DNA of 60,488 nucleotides, the filler included. It is 4 parts of 4 records of this genome, joined end to end, with 100 filler letters (N's around TTAATTAATTAA, not from the genome) between each part and the next. Parts side by side here need not be neighbours in the genome. Positions count along the whole stretch, not along the records: positions 1 to 16,333 come from SRR31147125_362; 3 more parts are not named here. The stretch is one strand, 5' to 3'. The translations under genes were made by a program, and so were the position numbers. The notes below the pieces were generated by a model that was not told the DNA's origin, ran no database searches, and saw nothing but the letters and a program-made list of their open reading frames with translations. Below are positions 1 to 9,180 of this stretch, one piece after another; the first letter of the stretch is position 1, and every line of letters begins with the position of its first letter.

Positions 1-657
1 ACATCATCGGGATTAATTACCGGAGTTGCCATGAGTGTATGTAAGTCTAATCTTGAACTAGCTTTTTCTGATGATTTTATCAAATCACTAATAAACAGGG
101 GAGTAATTTACTTATGGTATTATATTTACCGTCCGGTTGGAGAAAATGCCTCCCAGGAATTAAGTCTTTCAAAAGATGAAATAGAAAAACTCCGCAGATT
201 TATGGTTGAAGCACGAAACAAATACAAAATTGCCATTATTGATGCATATTGGGATCAGAATGGAGATGGACTATGTCCTGCAGCATCGGGTCTGAGCCAT
301 CATATTAATGCATCAGGAGATATAGAACCATGCCCGGTAATTCAATTTGCCGCCAACAATGTCAACGATGGTAACTTACATGAAATTTATAACGATTCAG
401 CTTTTTTGGCCAATTTCAAAAAAGAAATCCCCAATAAAACTAAAGGGTGTATTGTAATGGAAGATCCACAGTGGCTGGTTAATTACATAGAAAATAATTC
501 GGCCCGAGATACTTCTGGTAGAGATAATGAATTAGAACGATTAAGGTTGATGGCAAAGGTGCCAAGTCATGGTTCTTCGATATCAATGAGAGAGAAAAGC
601 TGGACTTATAGATTTGCTAAAAAAAATGCCTTTTTCGGTTTAGGTGCATATGGATAA
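1..657 (+). CDS. Radical SAM/SPASM-type protein, 5'-truncated at window edge
   Basis: Frame open from base 1. C-terminal pattern YYIYRPVG...LCPAASGLSHHINASGDIEPCP...GCIVME resembles SPASM/twitch auxiliary-cluster domains. The CxxxCxxC motif is outside the window, so the family is inferred. Confidence 0.7.
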   Translation, partial: TSSGLITGVAMSVCKSNLELAFSDDFIKSLINRGVIYLWYYIYRPVGENASQELSLSKDEIEKLRRFMVEARNKYKIAIIDAYWDQNGDGLCPAASGLSHHINASGDIEPCPVIQFAANNVNDGNLHEIYNDSAFLANFKKEIPNKTKGCIVMEDPQWLVNYIENNSARDTSGRDNELERLRLMAKVPSHGSSISMREKSWTYRFAKKNAFFGLGAYG

Positions 658-2236
658 CATCACAAAAACATTAGAGGTACCCCAGGAACCATTACTTCGG
701 AAAAAGCTACGGGAGCAAGTTCGTGCGTTTTATAGCGCAACAGACATACAGCCACCCATTAAGTTAAATGAACTTGAACAAATGGCTTCCGCACTCCTAA
801 AACAAAACAAAATTTCTGAAGATTACCTTGAGTTTACAATGGTTCTGTTGGGAAATGAATCGTGGCGAAAAACAGTTAATGCAACACCTTTTAACAGAAG
901 ATTGCTCTTGATTCCTCAATGCTTAAGAAATACCACCAATTGCAAAGCAACTTTTGATAGCCTTGGATTAATTTGTTCTGGTTGCAAAGGATGTTTAATT
1001 GACGATATCTTAAATGAGGCTGAAGATTTAGGGTACACCACCCTTGTTGCAGAAGGTACAACCGTAGCCGTTGGATTGGTGGAAGAAGGCGCTATAGACG
1101 CCGTTATTGGTGTTAGTTGCATGCCCGTACTAGAACGTTCATTCAAACCTGTTTCTAACGCTGCTGTGCCTGTAATTGGGCTTCCGCTCATGTATGACGG
1201 GTGCGAAAACACAAAAATTGATTCCGACTGGCTTTACGAAGAAATTAAAAGCTTCAATGAGAATATTGAGTATCGACCAATATCTATTTCGCTGTTAAAA
1301 TCTCAAACACAACATTTTTTCACCGAACAATCATTAGCAAAATATTTTGAAGGTGAAAACTTCACTGAGAATATTGCCAAAGAAAATTTACTAAAGGGTG
1401 GACAAAGAATGAGACCTCTTCTTGCCATTCTAAGCTATCTGGCTTATTCCAACTCAAATTATGAAAATAATATCCTCGCTCCTATTGCATTAATTATTGA
1501 ATGCTTTCATAAAGCCTCTCTTATCCATGACGATATTCAAGACGATACTGATTTTAGGTATGATTGTGAAACAACACACAAAAAACATGGAATCGCTCAT
1601 GCAATTAACGTAGGAGATTTATTAATAGGAAAAGGCTATCAAATTTTATCTGGTCTTCCTGTAAAACCAACTTTAATTGCTGAAGCTTTAAAAATTATTT
1701 CAAATTCCCATATCCTATTAACAAAAGGACAAGGAGCGGATATTCTTAATAATTCTGGTGAAGTTCATACTGAAGTTAACCAGACAATAAATACATTCAA
1801 ACAAAAAACCGGAGAAGCAATAAAAGTTGCGTTGTTGTTGGGTGCTATTTTAGGCGAAGCAAGTGATCTTGAAATAAAAAAACTTGAACAATTCTCTGAT
1901 TATTTTGGAATTTCATATCAAATCCGTGATGATTTAAACGAATTTCAAGAAAATAATACGGCTGAAAAAGTTGGAGATTTCCCATTTCTAAAAGCAATTC
2001 TTAACGAACGCCAAAAAGAAGTTCATGCAAATCTACCGGAGAATATTTTCGTTAATGTGGAAGCATTTAGAAATACAATTGAAGCTTTGAGTTTAACTAA
2101 CGAAGCAGAAAAATATTTAAAACATTACATCCAGAAATGTTATAGCACACTAGATTTGTTACAAAATAAAAAATTAAGATTAAGTCTTTATGGTGTTTTA
2201 GGTAAAATTTTCAAGCAGACTCCCATAAATGACTAA
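650..2236 (+). CDS. DUF116-like Cys-rich domain fused to trans-polyprenyl diphosphate synthase
   Basis: N-half LLLIPQCLR..C..CSGCKGC..DAVIGVSC..DGCENT (DUF116-like). C-half GGQRMRP, first Asp-rich motif SLIHDDIQDD, second motif YQIRDDLNE, KTG. ATG 650 overlaps the upstream stop by 8 nt. Confidence 0.85.
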   Translation: MDNITKTLEVPQEPLLRKKLREQVRAFYSATDIQPPIKLNELEQMASALLKQNKISEDYLEFTMVLLGNESWRKTVNATPFNRRLLLIPQCLRNTTNCKATFDSLGLICSGCKGCLIDDILNEAEDLGYTTLVAEGTTVAVGLVEEGAIDAVIGVSCMPVLERSFKPVSNAAVPVIGLPLMYDGCENTKIDSDWLYEEIKSFNENIEYRPISISLLKSQTQHFFTEQSLAKYFEGENFTENIAKENLLKGGQRMRPLLAILSYLAYSNSNYENNILAPIALIIECFHKASLIHDDIQDDTDFRYDCETTHKKHGIAHAINVGDLLIGKGYQILSGLPVKPTLIAEALKIISNSHILLTKGQGADILNNSGEVHTEVNQTINTFKQKTGEAIKVALLLGAILGEASDLEIKKLEQFSDYFGISYQIRDDLNEFQENNTAEKVGDFPFLKAILNERQKEVHANLPENIFVNVEAFRNTIEALSLTNEAEKYLKHYIQKCYSTLDLLQNKKLRLSLYGVLGKIFKQTPIND

Positions 2237-3069
2237 AAATCAAGCCCCCCAATTTACAAACAGTTAATTGAATGTATTACACTAGGATTTAAGACCTTAG
2301 ATCCTTCAACGCAAAATGAAATCACAAAATTTGTAAGCAATCAACAATGTGATGATGGCGGTTTCATGAACCGTGCAATGAAATCAGATCCTTACTATAC
2401 TTTATTTGGACATTGGCTCAGTTTAGCTACCAAATCTAATATCAATAAAGATTTACTAAAAAAATATATCACCGAACATCAATCAAACAAACCATCAAAC
2501 ATTATTGAAAAACTTACCATAACATTTGTAGCATTAGAATTAGTACCAGAGTTAGAAAAGCCTGCAATTATGTCTATTATTATCGACATATTTAAAAACA
2601 GGCAAAATATTAACCTTGCATATAACCTTTTTTTACTGATGCTCTTAATTGATGCAATCGGTAATAACAAATCACTCTTTTACTTTTTAAGTAGAATATC
2701 TATTTTATTCTATAAGCCTGGGAATAATCCCCCCAGCAGTCTGCTTGCTGCATTAACTTACATAAGAAAAAAACAGGGATTCAGTATGCTAAACAACAAA
2801 GCAGGCTTTTAGAATATGTAAATATTGATGGTGGATTTATGTCGTTTAAGCAAGTTAAAATAAGCGATATGTTATCAACAGCAGTTTCTTTGTTTGTTTT
2901 ACAAAAAACTCAGCAAGATTTAAGGCTGATTAAACCTGGATGCCTTAACTTTATACAAAGTAACTATCAGGAAGGGGCATTTCTCTCTGGTGATGGTGAC
3001 TTAACAAAAGATCTGGAATATACATTTTACGGTTTATTGGCATTGGGTAGCTTGATTAAAAATGAATAA
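2229..3069 (+). CDS. Prenyltransferase/squalene-oxidase repeat protein; one gene split by two apparent 1-nt homopolymer deletions
   Basis: ATG 2229 overlaps the previous stop (ATGACTAA). Adding 1 nt in the A5/C6 run (2235-2250) and 1 A at 2767-2773 joins ORFs 2366-2812 and 2839-3069. Motifs QQCDDGGF..SDPYYTLFG, NIDGGF, GAF..DLEYTFYGLLAL. Confidence 0.75.
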
Positions 3070-4858
3070 AAGAGAATTAAACATACGATTAAAAGAATTA
3101 ACAGATATTTTAATCGAACAATATAATAAAGATGGATATTGGGAGGGAAAACTTTCATCAAGTGCTCTGGGGGTTGCTGTTTCTATAAGTGCATTACATT
3201 TCCACAATGCTACTGAAAATCAACAAGAAATTAAAAATGGACTAGAATGGCTGGTAAATAACATCAATGATGATGGTAGTTATGGCGACACTCCGAATAG
3301 CCCGGGTAATATTTCCACATCGTTATTAGCGTATTCTGCTCTTAACCTTTATTCAATTGAAAACAAAGATTATAAATTAACCCAGAATAAAATTTCTGAG
3401 TATCTTCTTGTAAATTCGATTGATCTAAAATCAGGACATGTTTCGAAAGTAATTCTAGCGCATTATAAAAGTGACTTTACTTTCTCTGTACCAATCCTAT
3501 CCATGTGTGCCTTATGCGATGTTCTTGGAGACGATGGTTTTAAAGATATCCCTTCACTTCCGTTCGAATTTGCATTATTACCACAAAAATTTTACAGGTT
3601 ATTAAAATTAAGCGTTGTAAGCTATGCCATTCCCGCATTAATAGCTGTCGGCATATTAATTTTCAAAAAGAAAAAACAAAATTGGTTTTCTAAAACTATC
3701 AGACAAAAATCAGAAAAGAAGGCACTTAAAATATTAGAAAAATCTATGCCCGAAAGTGGTGGTTTTCTGGAGGCAATACCATTAACAGCGTTTGTATCTC
3801 TCAGTTTAATCAGTTCCGGGAATCAGAATTCCATTGTTGTAAATAAAGGAATTCAATTTTTAAAAAACACGCAAAGAGATGATGGAAGTTGGCCAATTGA
3901 TATTAATCTATCTACATGGGTAACTACACTGAGCATAAAAGCTCTTAGAACAAAAACAAAATCCGCTTTATCAACAGCCAAACAACGAAAACTTACAGAA
4001 TATTTAATAGCTACACAAAATAAAAACGTTCACCCTTTTAATGGCACTTCGCCAGGAGGTTGGGGTTGGACAAACCACACCGGTTCTGTTCCTGACTGTG
4101 ATGATACACCAGGCGCAATTATTGCGTTGTTACAATTAAAATCTCCTACAAACGTTAAAAATGAAGTATTACTAGCTGTTAATTGGTTGATAAAACTACA
4201 AAACAGTGATGGAGGTTTTCCTACATTTTCTAAAGGTTGGGGCAAATTACCTTTCGATCAAAGTTGCACAGACCTTACCGGGCATTGTTTTCTTGCAATT
4301 GCTATTGCCCTAAATAATTACGACGGTGAGATTCCAAGAAAACTGCACAACAAAATGGTGGGTTCACTAAAAAGAGCATTAACATTTTTAGAAAAACAAC
4401 AAAATATAGATGGTTCTTGGTTTCCGTTGTGGTTCGGAAATCAACATACAGAAAACCACACAAATCCTGTTTATGGTACGGCTCGCGTAATTAGCTACTT
4501 AAATGATACAATTGATATTATCGCTCCAGAGATCAAACTATTTGGAAAAATCAAACAATTGATTCAATCTGGCACAAATTACCTATTAGAAGCACAGAAT
4601 AAGGATGGCAGTTGGGGTGGCGCAAAAAACATAAAAGGCTCAATAGAAGAAACTGCACTTGCCATCTCTGCTTTATCAAATACAGATAATTATACTAATT
4701 GTGAGAGTGGTTTTTCATGGTTAAATGATTATTTTAACAGCAATGGATTACAAGCTTCACCCATCGGTTTGTACTTTGCTTCGCTTTGGTACGATGAGGC
4801 ATTGTATCCACTAACATTCTATATCGAAGCAATCGAACGCTACATAAACAATAACTAG
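3062..4858 (+). CDS. Squalene-hopene-cyclase-like class II terpene cyclase
   Basis: Multiple QW repeats (TQRDDGSW, LQNSDGGF, QQNIDGSW, AQNKDGSW), GGWGW followed by the catalytic-type DxDD motif VPDCDDT, and NPVYGT. Confidence 0.85.
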   Translation: MNKRELNIRLKELTDILIEQYNKDGYWEGKLSSSALGVAVSISALHFHNATENQQEIKNGLEWLVNNINDDGSYGDTPNSPGNISTSLLAYSALNLYSIENKDYKLTQNKISEYLLVNSIDLKSGHVSKVILAHYKSDFTFSVPILSMCALCDVLGDDGFKDIPSLPFEFALLPQKFYRLLKLSVVSYAIPALIAVGILIFKKKKQNWFSKTIRQKSEKKALKILEKSMPESGGFLEAIPLTAFVSLSLISSGNQNSIVVNKGIQFLKNTQRDDGSWPIDINLSTWVTTLSIKALRTKTKSALSTAKQRKLTEYLIATQNKNVHPFNGTSPGGWGWTNHTGSVPDCDDTPGAIIALLQLKSPTNVKNEVLLAVNWLIKLQNSDGGFPTFSKGWGKLPFDQSCTDLTGHCFLAIAIALNNYDGEIPRKLHNKMVGSLKRALTFLEKQQNIDGSWFPLWFGNQHTENHTNPVYGTARVISYLNDTIDIIAPEIKLFGKIKQLIQSGTNYLLEAQNKDGSWGGAKNIKGSIEETALAISALSNTDNYTNCESGFSWLNDYFNSNGLQASPIGLYFASLWYDEALYPLTFYIEAIERYINNN

Positions 4859-4906
4859 CGTCGATTTTACGCAACACAAAAGGGTGTTCTGCGTCAGCGA
4901 AAAAAG

Positions 4907-4921
4907 ATGATGAAAATCACC
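4907..4921. promoter_or_regulatory. Candidate Crp/Fnr-type box upstream of small ORF
   Basis: ATGA-TGAAAA-TCACC matches the (G)TGA-N6-TCAC geometry of the palindrome at 8555-8572. Confidence 0.35.
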
Positions 4922-5010
4922 TTTCTTGAGTATTATATGTCATTCGCAAGTTATTGGCGGTATACGTGATAAAATTTAGTTTTACTACCATAATCTTTAA
5001 ACAGAAAATC

Positions 5011-5250
5011 ATGGATAGCTCTTTACTCACAGGTTCATTAAATTTAAAAAAAGGTCAATGTTTAACTGAAAACGAATTAAACAACCTTGGAATTCAACCA
5101 ACAAACATCGATTGCTTCCAGTTTTCTCATTTCCTTCTTTATGCTAAGGATAATAAGAGAATAATAGTTCAACCTCTACCTCACAATCAATACAAAATAA
5201 TCAGAGTTTACGATTATATTGAAGCAAACTCATCAGTTTGGGTAGGTTAA
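5011..5250 (+). CDS. Small hypothetical protein (79 aa)
   Basis: ATG at 5011 within ORF 4954-5250. Fills the gap between the cyclase and convergent prfC. No recognisable motif. Confidence 0.55.
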   Translation: MDSSLLTGSLNLKKGQCLTENELNNLGIQPTNIDCFQFSHFLLYAKDNKRIIVQPLPHNQYKIIRVYDYIEANSSVWVG

Positions 5251-5282
5251 GATAAATCTAACTTGCATATGGTTTCTTTACT

Positions 5283-6869
5283 TTAAGATTGAAGATCAGA
5301 AGTAAAGTAAAAGTTAATATCCTTGAAATTACTTCTAGCCATATCAAGAGAATAGGCAGTGTCGGCCAAATATACGTCTCTGCCAAATTTATCTTTTGCT
5401 ATATACTGATACTTACGTTTTTTAAAATCATTTAACTCGTCTTTATTATCGCTTTGTATCCAGCAAGCCTTGTGCAATAGAAGAGGTTCGTATCGACATG
5501 ATGCACCATATTCATTTTTTAATCGATGTTCTATAACATCAAACTGCAAAGCACCGACAGTCCCAATAATTTTCCTACCATTAAATTGAAGCTCAAAAAG
5601 TTGAGCCACTCCTTCATCCATCAATTGCTCTACCCCTTTTGCCAACTGTTTATATTTTAACGGATCTCCATTTTCAATATACCTAAATAATTCAGGGGCA
5701 AAACTAGGCATACCTTTAAACATCATTTTCTCTCCTGATGTTAATGTATCTCCAATTTTAAAATTACCAGAATCTGGAATACCAACAATATCTCCGGGAA
5801 AAGCATCTTCAATAATATTTTTCTTTTGTGCCATAAATGCTGTTGGATTAGAAAATTTTAAATCTCTTCCTAATCGAACATGATGGTAGTTTGTATTTCG
5901 TTTAAAAACACCAGAACAAATTTTCAGGAATGCAATACGGTTTCTATGGTTCGGATCCATATTCGCATGAATTTTAAACACAAAACCCGAGAATTTTTCT
6001 TCAAATGAAGATACAGTTCTTGTTTCCGTCTCGCTATCTCCGGGCGACGGGGCTATTTCCGTAAAACAATCTAGCATTTCTTTAACTCCAAAATTATTTA
6101 ATGCACTTCCGAAAAAAACAGGTGCAACTGCTGCTTCTTTATATTCAGTTAAATAATCTTCAGAATAAACACCTTCAATTAACTCGATTTCTTCTCTTAA
6201 CTTCTCAGCAAAATCTTCCCCGATATAATTGCTTAAAGTTGGGTCTTCAATATTTTCGAACTTAATAGAATCTCCAACAGTATATTTATCTTCTGAGGTA
6301 AATAAATTCAGGTTTTTATCATAGAGATTATACACACCTTTAAACCTATCACCCATTCCAATGGGCCAGCTTAAAGGTCTAACGCCAATTTTAAGTTCTG
6401 TTTCTAGTTCATCCATCAACTCAAACGGATCTTTTCCTAATCTGTCTAATTTATTTACAAAAATTATTACCGGAGTATTTCTCATTCTGCAAACCTCCAT
6501 TAATTTCCGAGTTTGCTTCTCCACTCCTTTTGCAACATCAACTACAACAATTACACTATCAACAGCTGTTAGTGTCCTGTACGTATCTTCTGCAAAATCC
6601 TCATGGCCTGGTGTGTCGAGAATATTTATTTTGAAGTCATTGTATTCAAATCCCATTACAGAGGTTGCCACAGAAATACCCCTTTGACGTTCTATTTCCA
6701 TAAAATCTGATGTGGCAGTCTTCTTAATTTTATTTGATTTAACAGCGCCAGCAACATGTATCGCACCTCCAAACAACAATAATTTTTCTGTTAGCGTTGT
6801 TTTTCCGGCATCTGGGTGACTGATAACTGCAAATGTCCTTCTTCTATTTATTTCTTTTTTTAACTCCAT
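5283..6869 (-). CDS. prfC: Peptide chain release factor 3
   Basis: [43 protein letters not shown]. Start placed at ATG 6869 (MELKKEI). Confidence 0.97.
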   Translation of the reverse strand: MELKKEINRRRTFAVISHPDAGKTTLTEKLLLFGGAIHVAGAVKSNKIKKTATSDFMEIERQRGISVATSVMGFEYNDFKINILDTPGHEDFAEDTYRTLTAVDSVIVVVDVAKGVEKQTRKLMEVCRMRNTPVIIFVNKLDRLGKDPFELMDELETELKIGVRPLSWPIGMGDRFKGVYNLYDKNLNLFTSEDKYTVGDSIKFENIEDPTLSNYIGEDFAEKLREEIELIEGVYSEDYLTEYKEAAVAPVFFGSALNNFGVKEMLDCFTEIAPSPGDSETETRTVSSFEEKFSGFVFKIHANMDPNHRNRIAFLKICSGVFKRNTNYHHVRLGRDLKFSNPTAFMAQKKNIIEDAFPGDIVGIPDSGNFKIGDTLTSGEKMMFKGMPSFAPELFRYIENGDPLKYKQLAKGVEQLMDEGVAQLFELQFNGRKIIGTVGALQFDVIEHRLKNEYGASCRYEPLLLHKACWIQSDNKDELNDFKKRKYQYIAKDKFGRDVYLADTAYSLDMARSNFKDINFYFTSDLQS

Positions 6870-6887
6870 CAATATTTTTTTGAACCG

Positions 6888-6895
6888 CAAAAGTA
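6888..6895 (-). promoter_or_regulatory. Bacteroidota-type -7 promoter element for prfC
   Basis: Minus-strand TACTTTTG fits the TAnnTTTG consensus, about 19 nt upstream of the ATG. Confidence 0.55.
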
Positions 6896-6960
6896 GTATT
6901 TTGCTTAAATCGTTGGAATTTTATTTATAATATTTGCGATGTTTTAAAGAGATAATAAGA

Positions 6961-7401
6961 ATGAGCAAGGAAAAAAGATATAACAGGATAATTACACAAA
7001 TTGAAAATTTAATTAAAGAAATTGACAACCCCATGAGTAGAATGGCTACAATCAATTCAATATTATACCATAAAATGAGTAATTTCTTTTGGACAGGATT
7101 TTATTTATTAGATAATGGAAAATTACGGGTTGGACCGTACCAGGGGCCTTTGGCATGTCTGCAACTACAAAAGGATAAAGGCGTTTGTTGGGCGGCAATT
7201 AATAAAGGAGAAACAATTATTGTGGCTGATGTAGAAGAATTTCCAGATCATATTGCATGTGACAGCAGATCAAGATCAGAAATCGTTGTCCCACTAAAAA
7301 ATAGCAAGAATAAAATTATAGGTGTATTAGATATAGATAGCGATGTCTATAATAATTTTGATGATACGGATGCTATATTCCTGAAAAGATTACTGCTTTA
7401 G
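6961..7401 (+). CDS. GAF domain protein, free methionine-R-sulfoxide reductase (MsrC/fRMsr)-like
   Basis: WTGFYL, VGPYQGPLAC, GVCWAA, DVEEFPDHIACD..SRSEIVVP, GVLDIDS. Confidence 0.85.
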   Translation: MSKEKRYNRIITQIENLIKEIDNPMSRMATINSILYHKMSNFFWTGFYLLDNGKLRVGPYQGPLACLQLQKDKGVCWAAINKGETIIVADVEEFPDHIACDSRSRSEIVVPLKNSKNKIIGVLDIDSDVYNNFDDTDAIFLKRLLL

Positions 7402-7408
7402 TATACTC

Positions 7409-7795
7409 CTAAAAATTCTTTACAAGAACCGAGTTTATTATATCCTTAATTTTTGTAATAGAATATGGTTTCGTGAGTAAATCATTAAAACCGGCATCTT
7501 TATGATTCTCGAAAAATAAATTAGGATTATGAGCCGTTAATGCGACAATCGGAATCCTCGATTTGCTCGGCAACATTTCTTCCCTGATAAATTTTGTCGT
7601 TTCCAAACCGTTCATAACCGGCATTTCAATATCCATTAAGACAAGATCGAAATCATTTTTTTCGATTAATTCAACAGCTTCACGACCATTTGAAGCTTGC
7701 GTAATACCATAATTAAGATCTTTGAGTATTTCTGATAACAAGAGACGATTTGTAAATATATCGTCAACAATTAAAATCTGTCTAATATCGTCCAT
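7409..7795 (-). CDS. Single-domain response regulator (receiver)
   Basis: ILIVDD, LMDIEMPVMNG, ALTA, KP. Confidence 0.9.
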   Translation of the reverse strand: MDDIRQILIVDDIFTNRLLLSEILKDLNYGITQASNGREAVELIEKNDFDLVLMDIEMPVMNGLETTKFIREEMLPSKSRIPIVALTAHNPNLFFENHKDAGFNDLLTKPYSITKIKDIINSVLVKNF

Positions 7796-7797
7796 TT

Positions 7798-8496
7798 CTA
7801 ACCTAATTCACTTAGTGTTCTAACAATTTTCGCACTTACAATCTCCACTTTGGAGCCATCGAGCTTAATTATTTTATCATTTTTAAACTCGGTAAGAGTT
7901 CTGATAAAGCTTTCTTTGGTAGTTCCAGCCAACTCAGCTAATTCCCTGCGTGTAAACGGGAATGTAAATACATTGCTGTTATAAATCTTTTCTGAGAAGT
8001 AAAGCAATACATCAGCAATTCTACCAGGTAATTGTTTGTGTGATTGACTCATTAACCTATCAAAAATATATAAGCTATCGACACTTAGAAGTTGAATAAC
8101 CTTTAGCGAATAGTCTCCATTTTTTTGAAGGACTTTATGGAATGTGTTATAATCTATATAAACAATTTCACAATCATCAATTGCTGAGGCTGAATACTCA
8201 TGCAATTGTCCCCCAAATATTGAAGTTAAACCAAGAAAATTGCCGATTTTTTCAACTTTAAGTATAATAAACTTACTATTTCTACCTTCTTTGTAAATTT
8301 TCACAAAGCCTTTACGAACAAACATAATATGAGAGGTTCTGGTTCCTTGACGGAAAATAACCTCCTTTTTCCTGTAATTTACACTATTACAATTTTCTGA
8401 AATTAATTTACCTTCTTGGTCAGTTAGTAGTTTCCCGAAGGGTATCCCACTTTCTTTGTTTGTTACATTTTGTATAATATCTTCTTGTAACCCCAC
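7798..8496 (-). CDS. Crp/Fnr family transcriptional regulator
   Basis: cNMP-binding-like domain plus HTH RRELAELAGTTKESFIRTL. No FNR-type N-terminal Cys cluster. Confidence 0.9.
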   Translation of the reverse strand: MGLQEDIIQNVTNKESGIPFGKLLTDQEGKLISENCNSVNYRKKEVIFRQGTRTSHIMFVRKGFVKIYKEGRNSKFIILKVEKIGNFLGLTSIFGGQLHEYSASAIDDCEIVYIDYNTFHKVLQKNGDYSLKVIQLLSVDSLYIFDRLMSQSHKQLPGRIADVLLYFSEKIYNSNVFTFPFTRRELAELAGTTKESFIRTLTEFKNDKIIKLDGSKVEIVSAKIVRTLSELG

Positions 8497-8554
8497 TTAA
8501 TTATCATTTTTTTAAATATAGAAAAAAACTTCTTTTCATATGGAAAACAACAAA

Positions 8555-8593
8555 CGGTGATTTATATCACCGCTGGCGGGTAAGAAATCTCAC
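8555..8593. promoter_or_regulatory. Tandem Crp/Fnr-type operator sites in the divergent intergenic region
   Basis: Perfect inverted repeat CGGTGAT-TTAT-ATCACCG (8555-8572) and degenerate GTAA-GAAATC-TCAC (8580-8593). Confidence 0.6.
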
Positions 8594-8716
8594 GCAAGCT
8601 AAAACCCTCTGAAATCGCATAAAAAGCTATATTTACAATACTTATATACAAAGTAGATCAATTACAATTATTTAATAGTTTTTTGGTACTTTTATCTTAT
8701 ATAAGTAAAAATTAAC

Positions 8717-9133
8717 ATGTCAGAAAGCAATATGATAAGCAATGCTAACACAATAAAAGAAGCTGATATCTTAGTAGTTGATGATTCGACTACGAATGTG
8801 GTATTAATTGAGGCGGTATTAGGCGAAATGGGGTATAACATAACTACTACCTTAAATGCCAAAGAGGCTTTTAAGGTAATTGAAAAGAAAATCCCGGATT
8901 TAATATTGTTGGATTTGTTAATGCCACGAATTAGCGGTTACGATTTTCTAAAAGAAATAAGAAGCAGCGATAGAACAAAGGATATTCCTGTAATAGTTAT
9001 TTCTGCTGTAACTGACCAACTAAACATTAAAAAAATAATTGACTTAGGTGCGGATGAATTTATTAAGAAGCCTCTTGATATTGAAATATTGATTGATAAA
9101 GTGGAGAAATTTCTAAAAATTCCGACTAAGTAG
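8717..9133 (+). CDS. Single-domain response regulator
   Basis: ILVVDD, LLDLLMP, VISA, KKP. Confidence 0.9.
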   Translation: MSESNMISNANTIKEADILVVDDSTTNVVLIEAVLGEMGYNITTTLNAKEAFKVIEKKIPDLILLDLLMPRISGYDFLKEIRSSDRTKDIPVIVISAVTDQLNIKKIIDLGADEFIKKPLDIEILIDKVEKFLKIPTK

Positions 9134-9180
9134 GCTTCTTGTATTTTTATCGCTGTTATTGGTTAATTAAAACATTCTTG

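Noticed and set aside
2234-2236. Stop-codon readthrough fusing the polyprenyl synthase to the prenyltransferase-repeat protein
   Set aside because: The ATGACTAA overlap mirrors the other two operon junctions, so a separate start plus a homopolymer error is more parsimonious.
3062-4858. Calling the cyclase shc (hopanoid synthesis)
   Set aside because: Family motifs are present, but no squalene-supply or hpn genes are visible, so the substrate is unproven.
4869-4895. Bulged hairpin ACGCAACAC...GTGTTCTGCGT after the cyclase
   Set aside because: Imperfect stem with no U-tract on the coding strand; insufficient for a terminator or ncRNA call.
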